The notes beneath the pieces are model-generated. The model had not been told where the DNA came from, made no database searches, and saw only the letters and a program-made list of their open reading frames with translations. The position numbers were made by a program, and so were the translations under genes. DNA of 64,000 nt. Source: Azolla caroliniana. Lineage: Eukaryota > Plantae > Polypodiophyta. The number at the start of each line of letters is the position of its first letter. Position 1 is the stretch's first letter. The stretch covers positions 13,640,001 through 13,704,000 of the forward strand of contig JBHGNT010000006.1 in the NCBI GenBank assembly GCA_043228905.1, written 5' to 3'. Shown here piece after piece: positions 12,021-21,509 of this stretch.

Positions 12021-14059
12021 CTTTGAAAGGTAAAATCGTTGTCGGCCACAACCAGTTGTATGTGTGCGGAATAATATTCAATCTAATGGAAAGGAAAAAC
12101 AGAATACAAAAACTGAGAATGACACAGATTTTAACATGGAAACCCGAACTAGGAAAAAACCACGTGGAGTCCAGAAACTCCGAAACAGAACACTATGAGA
12201 GAAAGGAATACAATCAGAGATCTCAGAGGCAATGACCTCGAGATCCTGCTTCGCCAACAGGTGGCTATGGAGCTCACACGCTTCCACTCACACTCGTTCA
12301 CTCTCACAGTTACTGAGGCAACAACCCCGTCTATAGTAACTTTACAATAACACACTCATCTTTTTTTTTAACATGATTGCCCTAGGTACTTATATACTAA
12401 TATAACCTTTCGACTATTTACAAGTTTAGCCTTCCATGTTGGCTATCTCCACGATTTCCGGATTCGGCCGAAGCCGGTTCTTCTCACTTCCCATCCGGAG
12501 GGACCTGTTTCCTAACAAAAACTACCTAGGACAACTTGAATGGGTTCTGACTCTTCTACAATATTCCCGGAAGCAATGGGATGACCATCAATAACTACTA
12601 AAAATGATGGGCAAGGAAGTTTTCTTAAGGATATCTGAGAAGCTTGGGCAAAATTTTGATCCATGAAACAGGAATTAGCTCCAGAATCTATAAGTGTTAG
12701 GACGTGTACTGGGGGAGTACTTTTAGTACTAACCATGACTTGGGCTAGGAACACATTGCTAACTTGTTTGGAGGGAATGGAACCACTAATGGGCTATACA
12801 GATCTAGGGCTATCAACCAAACTACTCCTATTTTGGCTGGACTCAATCGTTTAACTCTTCATCTAATTGAGTAAGGATTTCAAATTTGTTTGAGATACTT
12901 GGGCTATTAGTACTATTAATACTATCAGACACTCTATTAGTACTATTAATACTATCAGACACTCCTAAGGGAAGAATTGACTCGGGTTTAGTACAGGCTA
13001 CGATTTGATTTACCTGTCTTCTTAGTCTATGGGGCCAATTGATTGTGATATGTCCTGGTCCACCACAATAAAGACATAATCGATTTGCACGTCGTCGTTT
13101 ATTTTCTTCTTCCAATAACGGGCCACGTCGACACATGGTGTCGGTGTCGGAGTATTTGCTTGAGGTATGTCTCGTGCAAATAGTTTTGCCGTGACTGAGG
13201 CGTAGGTGGGCTTCAGCCTAGAGCGTGGTATTTGTAATTGACGGTCCGAACGTCGTTCGAAAAGGCAGTTGTCCCATCGGACCGCTCGAATGATTGCCTT
13301 TGTAAGAGACTTTGGTTCTTTGGGGAAGGTTAGAAGTAGATCTTTGACATCGTTTCGCAGGTTGTAGTGAAACTGCTCCATTAGTGCCTGGTCATCCCAA
13401 GGGATATCTGTAGCGAGTAGACGGAAATCTGGCGCGTAGGCAAAAGCTGGACAATCTCCTTAACGCAATCGTCGGATTTTGTTGATCGTCGTCCGGATGT
13501 TGTCTGTATCTCCAAAGAAAGCTTTAAACTCACTAATAAAGTCTTCAAAGTTATTAAGTAAGGGCGATTGTTTTTCCAGAAGCAGAGCAAACCATGCCAA
13601 GGCTGAGCCGCTAAGCAACGTGCCTATTAGGCCGACTCGGGATGCATCAGTGGGGTATCGAGAAGGATGCATTTGAATGACTAAGCGTACCTAATTGAGG
13701 AATCCCCTAAATTGCGATCGCGTTCCATCAAATTTCACAGGAACTCCAATCTTGGGCTCTTTATGAAATCCGTGGGGACTTGATCCTTGTTGTTGCAACA
13801 CTGCCTCGAGTTGTTGCACACATAACGCTAACTCCCCATGTTGTTGCTATGTTTGTTGTTTTTCTAGGGCAATTTGTTGAAGATTCCCTAACAACCGTTG
13901 GTTTTCTTGTTCCAAGGCAACAAATTTTTCTTTTAGACTTTGTAGCTCGGAGAAAACAGATTGGTATTCTTAGGCGCTAATAGAAGTCATTGTATAGAAA
14001 AAGGATAAAAGGATGAGGGAAACCAAAATAAAGACAAGAGAGGAAAATTTGGTTCAAAC

Positions 14060-14482
14060 TGTCAAGAATAATACTAAAACAGAGAGAGAATTAGTACTAG
14101 AGAAGGGAAGTACTATTAGTACTAAGAGGACAAGACCGCGTAAGACTCCCGAGAGGGAGGAAAGAGAAGAGAGAGAGAGAGAGAGATGATGATAACAGAT
14201 GATATATTATAGGAAGAGTAAGTACAAGATGGCTATGAGGCTTAAGACTGGCGTTGAACCAATTTGGTTCAAAATAATGCCTAGTGTCTTCTTTTATAGT
14301 GTTCTCAAGAGTAATCCTGAAGCTTCTAGAATGTTCCAAAGAAATCTGGAATATACATTAATTTTCTATAATAAAACTTAAATGAAAACAATATCTTATG
14401 TATTATAATAGATGGTATAATGGTCAAGAGCTCAACCCATATAACATAAGGTCATGGGTTCAAGTCTTGCCATATCATGACA
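14060..14482 (-). repeat. 5' LTR of chromovirus A
   Basis: Direct repeat of 4089-4517, followed on the element strand by GTTTGAACCAAAT. Confidence 0.95.
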
Positions 14483-15831
14483 ATTTTGAACTTAGTTTTT
14501 ATTAGATTTAGGCGACTAAAACCTCTCTCATGTTGTTGTAGAATAACATTGAATTAACCCTATCAATGAAAGCTTTAGAAGTTCGGGTAGCTTTTCTTTC
14601 CACACATCATTACAATTTATCATACCCCAAACATCTAAGAAATCTCTTCCAAGCCATTCGGTGGTGCATTCTGAAAATTGCATATTCATCATACAATTTA
14701 TTATTATCAATTATGGGAGAAAACGCTTTCCCATCTGTCATTTTTTGAATGCCATAAAAATTTCTAAGTGTTTTCAACTCATTAAGACCCATAGTTTTCG
14801 TGCAAAATGCTTGTAGATCCGGTAGAAATGTTCATTGGTGATAACATTTTCAATGCGGAAAGAGTCACCGAATCTTGAAGCCTCTTTTTTATTGTCTCTA
14901 TTAATACCTTAGAAAACAAAGTTTGGAATCGTATGGCTTCAATTAAGTCCTCACCATCAATACTTCTATCCATGAGGATGCTTTTATACATATTACCTTT
15001 TATAGCATCTCTTAAAACTGAAAGCATTCCTTTTTCTCTACCATATTCTGGAATAATTGGATAATTATAGCTATCCTTCTCAAAACCATTCAGATTCATC
15101 ATAACATGATGTAGAATTTGTTCTTCTATCTCCCCAATGGCTATCATAGCCAAACCTCCAATGCATGTCACATCCATAGATTCCTTTTTGGAATATGAAA
15201 ATGTGTGTATTCTAATGCAACTTGCATCTTAGTTCATTCACCTTGACGCATTGAGCTCCTCGAGAAATGTGCAACCACCCGATTCACAAGGGCATCTAAC
15301 TATGTGCACGTTTCTTTGACTTCAATGTTCTTTGAAGCCTCTTGCACACACAAGTTTGTTCAATGTGCACAACAATGTAATGAAGTCATAAATGGATTAT
15401 ATGACTTCAATCTTGTAGCAACACCTGTAGACATACCTACCATAACAGATTCTCCATCACTTCCAAATCCCATCATTTTTCTAACATCTAAGTTCCACTT
15501 TTTTAACAATGCTAAAATGATTTTTGTTATTGTGTTTGATTTACCATCCTCTACTTCAAGTACCCCCAAATAAGAGGTTTGTACTTGCCTTCCTTCCACA
15601 AATGTAGCATAAAGGATCAAGTTCTTAGTTACGCTTACATCGGTGGCTTCATCTACCATAAGCCCAAACCAAGGACTTTTCCTCAACCTATCATATATCT
15701 CAGCTCCAAGGGCCTTGCTAATGAAGGGCCTTGCTAATGTGCAAGATAAAGCTTGCACAAGCCTTATTATCATTATACATTCATGGAAGGCCTTCCACAC
15801 CACATTCTCTTAACAATTGTAAGAGGCTTTC

Positions 15832-16269
15832 TGTCATGATATGGCAAGACTCGAACCCATGACCTTAGGTTATATGGGTCGAGCTCTTGACCATTAGACC
15901 ATCTATTGTAATACGTAGGATATTATTTTCATTTACATTTTATTATAGGAAATTAGTGTATATTCCAGATTTCTCTGGAACATTCTAGAAGCTTCAGGAT
16001 TACTCCTGAAAACACTATAAAAGAGGGCACTAGGCATTATGTTGAACCAAATTGGTTCAACGCCAGTCTTAAGCCTTTTAGCCACCGTTGTATATTCTCT
16101 TCATATAATAAATATCTTTCTTATCATCACTCTCTCACTCTCTCTCTCTCTCTCTCTTTCTCTCTGTCTCGCTCACTTCTTCCTTCTCTCGAAGAAGTTC
16201 CACACCTCTCATAGTACTAATCCTTCGTTTAGTACTAATTCCTTCTCTGTCTCAGTACTGTTCATGACA
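15832..16269 (+). repeat. 5' LTR of chromovirus B
   Basis: TGTCATGA...TCATGACA termini; TATAAAA at ~16016; (CT)n tract. Confidence 0.97.
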
Positions 16270-16283
16270 GTTTGAACCAATTT
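16270..16283 (+). promoter_or_regulatory. Non-tRNA, putative self-priming primer binding site
   Basis: GTTTGAACCAATTT directly follows the LTR and lacks TGG. It is complementary to AAATTGGTTCAA at 16049-16060, about 30 nt after the LTR TATA box. Confidence 0.75.
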
Positions 16284-16343
16284 TCCCTACCTTCTGTCTC
16301 TCTCATTTCCTACTAATCTTTTATTCCTCTTTTCTTTCATCCC

Positions 16344-17495
16344 ATGGCCACTGTTAGCGCTGAAGAATATCAATTTGTTTTCTCGGAATTCCAATGCTTG
16401 AAGGAGAAGTTCCATGCTTTGGAACAAGAAAACCAACGGTTGCTGGGGGATCTTCAGCAAATCTCCTTAGAAAAGCAGCAAACGCAACAACAACATGGGG
16501 AACTTGCGTTACGCGTGCAACAACTCGAAGCCACCATCGTAGCGATGCAACAACATGAGCCCGGAACACAAGGGATTCATAAAGAACCTAAGATTGGCCT
16601 TCCCACGAAGTTCGATGGAACGCGATCGCAGTTTAGAGGGTTCCTTAACCAGGTACGATTAGTTATTCAAATGCATCCTTCCCGATATCCCACCGATGCA
16701 TCACGAGTGGGTTTAGTAGGCACTTTGTTAAGTGGCTCAGCGTTGTCATGGTTCGCTCCACTATTAGAAAAGGAATCTCCGTTACTCAACAATTTTGAAG
16801 AGTTTCTAGGTGAGTTTAAAGCATGTTTCGGAGATACTGACAGCATCAGGACCGCAATCAACAAAATCCGGCGATTACGCCAAGGTGACCGTCCAGCCTC
16901 CGCATACGCTGCAGATTTTCGCCTACTCGCCGCCGATATCCCTTGGGATGATCAAGCGTTGATGGAGCAATTCCGTTATGGTTTACGCAACGACGTCAAG
17001 GATTTACTCTTGACCTTCCCCGAAGAGCCAAAGTCCTTAACAGAAGCAATCAGTCGCGCGGTGAGATGTGACAACCGCCTCTTTGAGCGACGTTCAGAAC
17101 GACAGCTACAGATGCCGAGGGCAAGATCAGAGCCCACCTACGCCTCAGTGGTAGCAAGACCTTTTCCGAGGGAGTCATATAATGCGTCTCCAGCGAATAC
17201 TCCGACTCCGATGGAGATTGACACTACACGTCGTCGAGGGCCATTATCCGAAGAAGAAAAGCAGCGACGCCGTACAAATCGACTATGTCTTTACTGCGGT
17301 GGACCAGGACATATCGTAATAAATTGCCCCCATAGGCCAAGAAGACAGGTAAACCAAATAGTCGCTAGTTCTAATTGTACTAAATCCGAACCTATTTCAG
17401 TAGGGATATCTGATAGTCCTAATAGTACTAATATCCCAGATCTAGCAAACAAATTTGATGTCCTTAGTCAGTTAGAAGAAGAGTTAAACGACTAA
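16344..17495 (+). CDS. gag: Gag (coiled coil, retrotransposon capsid, CCHC knuckle CLYCGGPGHIVINC)
   Basis: Intact 383-aa ORF with Ty3/PEG10-type capsid motifs (KFDGTRSQFRGFL, LRQGDRPASAYAADF). Confidence 0.95.
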   Translation: MATVSAEEYQFVFSEFQCLKEKFHALEQENQRLLGDLQQISLEKQQTQQQHGELALRVQQLEATIVAMQQHEPGTQGIHKEPKIGLPTKFDGTRSQFRGFLNQVRLVIQMHPSRYPTDASRVGLVGTLLSGSALSWFAPLLEKESPLLNNFEEFLGEFKACFGDTDSIRTAINKIRRLRQGDRPASAYAADFRLLAADIPWDDQALMEQFRYGLRNDVKDLLLTFPEEPKSLTEAISRAVRCDNRLFERRSERQLQMPRARSEPTYASVVARPFPRESYNASPANTPTPMEIDTTRRRGPLSEEEKQRRRTNRLCLYCGGPGHIVINCPHRPRRQVNQIVASSNCTKSEPISVGISDSPNSTNIPDLANKFDVLSQLEEELND

Positions 17496-20400
17496 GTCCA
17501 GCCAAAATAGGAGCCGTTTGGTTGGACAGCCCTAGATCTGTGCAGCCCATTAGTGGTTCCATTCCCTCTAAGCAAGTTAGTGATGTGTTCGTAGCCCAAG
17601 TAATAGTTAGTACTAAAAGTACCCCTCCAGTACATGTCCTAGCACTCCTAGATTCCGGAGCTAACTCTTGCTTTATGGATAAGAAATTTGCTCAAGCTCA
17701 TAAGATATCCCTAAGAAAACTCCAGTGTCCAGCCTCTGTAGTAGTCATTGATGGACGTCCCATTGCTTCCGGAAATATCCTAGAAGAGTCAGAGCCCATT
17801 AATATTGTCCTAGATAACTTAGTATGTGTAGTATCATTTAATATTATTAGTATCCCAGACCATCCTATAGTTTTAGGACTACCGTGGTTCGAGTTACATA
17901 ACCCTGACATAGATTGGAGAACAAGAGAAATCCGGTGTCGACAAACCCAAGGGTCAACTCAGAAGATGGCAACCATTTCGCTACGTCAGTTGCGTAAAGA
18001 AGGGCACAAGGAGGAAATGTTTCTCTTTGCAATATCAGTAAACCCCTCCAACACCACTAAAGAAGAATCCATTGTTCAACTTCCCGAGAAGTATCGCCAT
18101 TACACCGATGTGTTCGATAAAGTACAAGCCAACACACTTCCTCATCATCGACCGTATGATTGCCCCATCGATTTACAACCGGGAAAAGAGCCGCCATGGG
18201 GACCGATCTACAATTTGTCACCAACCGAGCTGGAAGTCCTTCGGGCCTATATAGAGGAGAATTTGGAAAATGGTTTCATTCGGCATTCGAAATCTCCAGC
18301 CGGTGCGCCCATTTTCTTCGTCAAGAAAAAAGATGGATCGCTTCGTCTCGTTGTAGATTACCGTGGCTTGAATAAGGTTACAATCAGGAATAGGTATGCT
18401 CTTCCCCTTATCTCAAGTCTTTTAGAACAAATCAATGGTGCCAGGTTCTTCACGAAGATCGACTTACGGGGAGCATATAACCTCGTACGGATCCGACCAG
18501 GAGACGAATGGAAGACCGCGTTTCGCACCAGATATGGGCACTTCGAGTATACTGTCATGCCGTTCGGCCTCACTAATGCATCGGCAGTCTTCCAGCACAT
18601 GGCTAATGATATATTCCGAGATCTATTGGATGATTGTTTGATCATCTATTTGGATGATCTACTGGTTTATTCAAAGACCCAAGAAGAGCATGATTCTCAT
18701 GTACTATTAGTACTAAAACGACTTCGAGAACATGGTCTGTATGCAAAGCTAGAAAAATGTAGTTTCGGGTGCAACCAAGTGGAATTTCTCGGCTACATCA
18801 TTTCGTCAGAAGGCATCTCCATGGACCCAGCTAAGGTCAGAACGGTGGTAGAATGGCAGACTCCGCGTTCGGTACGGGATGTGCAATGCTTCTTAGGCTT
18901 TGCCAATTTTTACCGGAAGTTCATACAGGATTACTCAAAGATCGTTCTACCTCTCACACAACTTACCAGGAAGGGACAACCGTTCACCTGGTCTGAAGAA
19001 ACGGACATGGCTTTCGAGAGTCTTAAAAAAGCATTTACATCGGCTCCAATTCTAGCTCATGTCGATCCGGAGAAACCATTCATTATCGAAGCTGACGCAT
19101 CGGATTTTGCATTGGGGAGCATTCTGTCACAACAGGGGAATGATGAAAAGCTACATCCTGTGGCTTTTCACTCACGCAAGTTTGATGCCGCCGAAATCAA
19201 CTACGAAATCCATGATAAGGAGCTATTGGCAATAGTGGATTCTTTTATGCAATGGAGGCATTTTCTGGAGGGATCCTCTCATCCAGTCACCGTATTTAGT
19301 GACCACAAGAATCTTGCCTACTTTCAGGATGCTCGTGTGTTGAATCGACGTCAAGCTCGGTGGGCCCACTTCCTCACGCGTTTCGACTTCAAAATTACAT
19401 ATCGTCCGGGGAGGCACCAAGGGAAGGCAGATGCATTATCACGGCGTTCGTATCTAGCACCCCGTCCCGGCGAGCCAGCTTTCGATAACCAAAAACAAGT
19501 CATCTTGGGACCGGCACGATTACAAGCAACACAAATCTTTGACATGCCTATGGATTCCCGCGTTATCGATACCATACGTGAAGACTTGAAGACAGATGCG
19601 TTCGCCCAAGCTATACTAGCACAAATTGATCCCTCTCGAGCGTCGTGTTCACAGTCGCAACCACCAGGTACGGACTATCGGCAATTCAAATACCATGATG
19701 GATTACTCTTCTTTAAAGAACTTTTGTATGTTCCTAATGGTTCTTGCCGCCTTCGAGTAGTACAAAACTGTCATGACACATATACAGCTGGGCATTTTGG
19801 TAGTACTAAAACATTACATTTAGTACAACGATCATTCTGGTGGCCCTGTATGCGACAATTTGTCGAGGATTTTGTTCGGACTTGTGATACATGTTGCAGA
19901 GCGAAAATGCCAAGGCATCATCCATATGGTTTATTAGAACCATTATCAATTCCAAGCAAGCCGTGGCAATCCATTGCTCTAGACTTCATCACAGATCTTC
20001 CAGTCTCTAAGGGGTTCAATGCGATTCTAACGGTGGTCGATCGATATACGAAGATGGCTCATTTCTTGCCATGTACTAAGGAGATCTCCAGTGAAGACAC
20101 TGCCGAAATTGTCATGCGTGAAGTGTGTCGGCATCATGGACTCCCCGATAGTATCATCAGCGACCGTGGACCCCAGTTCGTGTCAAAATTCTGGAAGCAC
20201 CTTTTTAACATGCTCAAGGTCACTTGTAACCTCTCTTCCGGCTACCACCCACAAACTGACGGCCAAGCTGAACGAACAAATCAAACGTTGGAGCAGTATC
20301 TGCGGTGCTTTCTCAGCTATCATCAGGACGACTGGGCAGATATTCTCCACTTCGCCGAATTTGCCTATAACAACTCTATCCACGCATCCACTAAAGTTAC

Positions 20401-21079
20401 GCCATTTTATGCTTATACGGGATGTCACCCCCGGTGGAGTGTACTTGAAACCCCAGAGGTGTCCACAAATCCGTGCGCGGAGGATCGTTTGGAGCGGTTA
20501 CGCAAGATACAAGCGGATCTATCTACTCATCTCCAGCAAGCTCAACAAACACACAAGGTCTACGCGGATCGTCATCGACTTCCATCTAGTTTTAATATTG
20601 GAGATCGGGTGTGGTTGCTACGACGACACATCAAGACTACTCGCCCATGTGAGAAGTTGGATTATCGGCGATTAGGTCCTTTCCGTATTATTGGAAAGAT
20701 TAATGATGTTGCTTTTCGTCTCGATCTACCTCCTCAACTTCGGATACATCCGGTGTTTCATAGTTCTCTCTTCGAACCCTACCACGAGAGCACCATCCCA
20801 GAACGTCTTATCCAACCTCCACCCCCGATCGAGCTTGAAGATGGGCCGGAGTACGAGGTTGCCGCCATTCTTGATTCCAAGATTGTTCGCAACAAGCTCT
20901 ACTATCTAGTCGATTGGCTAGGCTATAGTCCCAGCGAACGTACTTGGGAACCGATCGAGAATGTAACCAATGCTCGTGCTCTTCTTGAAGACTTCCATCG
21001 TCAATATCCACACAAACCGGGTCCTCAATCCAAGACGACTCGTGACACTCGTCGTTTTAAAGGGGGGATAGTGTCATGA
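17468..21079 (+). CDS. pol: Pol (PR-RT-RNase H-IN-chromodomain), in the -1 frame relative to gag
   Basis: Frame is open from 17468 with no early ATG. Motifs LLDSGA, YLDD, EADASD, integrase HHCC/DDE, GPF and chromodomain EYEVAAILDSK..YLVDWLGY..TWEP. The stop lies inside the 3' LTR. Confidence 0.95.
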   Translation, partial: SVRRRVKRLSPAKIGAVWLDSPRSVQPISGSIPSKQVSDVFVAQVIVSTKSTPPVHVLALLDSGANSCFMDKKFAQAHKISLRKLQCPASVVVIDGRPIASGNILEESEPINIVLDNLVCVVSFNIISIPDHPIVLGLPWFELHNPDIDWRTREIRCRQTQGSTQKMATISLRQLRKEGHKEEMFLFAISVNPSNTTKEESIVQLPEKYRHYTDVFDKVQANTLPHHRPYDCPIDLQPGKEPPWGPIYNLSPTELEVLRAYIEENLENGFIRHSKSPAGAPIFFVKKKDGSLRLVVDYRGLNKVTIRNRYALPLISSLLEQINGARFFTKIDLRGAYNLVRIRPGDEWKTAFRTRYGHFEYTVMPFGLTNASAVFQHMANDIFRDLLDDCLIIYLDDLLVYSKTQEEHDSHVLLVLKRLREHGLYAKLEKCSFGCNQVEFLGYIISSEGISMDPAKVRTVVEWQTPRSVRDVQCFLGFANFYRKFIQDYSKIVLPLTQLTRKGQPFTWSEETDMAFESLKKAFTSAPILAHVDPEKPFIIEADASDFALGSILSQQGNDEKLHPVAFHSRKFDAAEINYEIHDKELLAIVDSFMQWRHFLEGSSHPVTVFSDHKNLAYFQDARVLNRRQARWAHFLTRFDFKITYRPGRHQGKADALSRRSYLAPRPGEPAFDNQKQVILGPARLQATQIFDMPMDSRVIDTIREDLKTDAFAQAILAQIDPSRASCSQSQPPGTDYRQFKYHDGLLFFKELLYVPNGSCRLRVVQNCHDTYTAGHFGSTKTLHLVQRSFWWPCMRQFVEDFVRTCDTCCRAKMPRHHPYGLLEPLSIPSKPWQSIALDFITDLPVSKGFNAILTVVDRYTKMAHFLPCTKEISSEDTAEIVMREVCRHHGLPDSIISDRGPQFVSKFWKHLFNMLKVTCNLSSGYHPQTDGQAERTNQTLEQYLRCFLSYHQDDWADILHFAEFAYNNSIHASTKVTPFYAYTGCHPRWSVLETPEVSTNPCAEDRLERLRKIQADLSTHLQQAQQTHKVYADRHRLPSSFNIGDRVWLLRRHIKTTRPCEKLDYRRLGPFRIIGKINDVAFRLDLPPQLRIHPVFHSSLFEPYHESTIPERLIQPPPPIELEDGPEYEVAAILDSKIVRNKLYYLVDWLGYSPSERTWEPIENVTNARALLEDFHRQYPHKPGPQSKTTRDTRRFKGGIVS
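17483..17527 (+). promoter_or_regulatory. Putative -1 ribosomal frameshift cassette
   Basis: G TTA AAC heptamer in the gag frame, 6-nt spacer, then an 11-bp stem GTCCAGCCAAA/TTTGGTTGGAC. Heptamer and most of the stem are retained in copy A (~12812-12856, minus). Confidence 0.75.
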
Positions 21080-21509
21080 TATGGCAAGACTCGAACCCAT
21101 GACCTTAGGTTATATGGGTCGAGCTCTTGACCATTAGACCATCTATTGTAATACGTAGGATATTATTTTCATTTACATTTTATTATAGGAAATTAGTGTA
21201 TATTCCAGATTTCTCTGGAACGTTCTAGAAGCTTCAGGATTACTCCTGAAAACACTATAAAAGAGGGCACTAGGCATTATGTTGAACCAAATTGGTTCAA
21301 CGCCAGTCTTAAGCCTTTTAGCCACCGTTGTATATTCTCTTCATATAATAAATATCTTTCTTATCATCACTCTCTCACTCTCTCTCTCTCTCTCTCTTTC
21401 TCTCTGTCTCGCTCACTTCTTCCTTCTCTCGAAGAAGTTCCACACCTCTCATAGTACTAATCCTTCGTTTAGTACTAATTCCTTCTCTGTCTCAGTACTG
21501 TTCATGACA
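21072..21509 (+). repeat. 3' LTR of chromovirus B
   Basis: One substitution seen by eye versus the 5' LTR (GAACATTC vs GAACGTTC). Confidence 0.97.

Larger units (their letters stand above)
7774..12517 (-). mobile_element. Ty1/Copia retrotransposon 1 nested in the protease region of chromovirus A
   Basis: TSD AAAAC at 7769-7773 and 12518-12522. 5' LTR at 12024-12517 and truncated 3' LTR at 7774-8221. PBS TGGTATAAGAGC at 12009-12020. Domain order gag-PR(WVVDSGAS)-IN-RT-RH. Confidence 0.95.
4487..13990 (-). pseudogene. gag-pol of chromovirus A, interrupted by Copia 1
   Basis: ORF fragments 13460-13672, 13022-13381, 12512-12754, 6869-7573, 6179-6529, 5675-6085, 5285-5659 and 4487-4933 are colinear with intact gag/pol of copy B. 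Confidence 0.92.
4089..14482 (-). mobile_element. Ty3/Gypsy chromovirus (Tcn1-like), copy A, decayed
   Basis: LTRs at 4089-4517 and 14060-14482 (TG...CA). TSD ATTTA/ATTTT. Fragmented gag, PR (LIDSGA), RT (YLDD), RNase H, integrase and chromodomain. Same family as copy B. Confidence 0.95.
15832..21509 (+). mobile_element. Ty3/Gypsy chromovirus (Tcn1-like), copy B, intact
   Basis: 438-bp LTRs at 15832-16269 and 21072-21509. Perfect TSD CTTTC. Uninterrupted gag and pol. PPT AAAGGGGGGATAG at 21059-21071. Confidence 0.98.
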
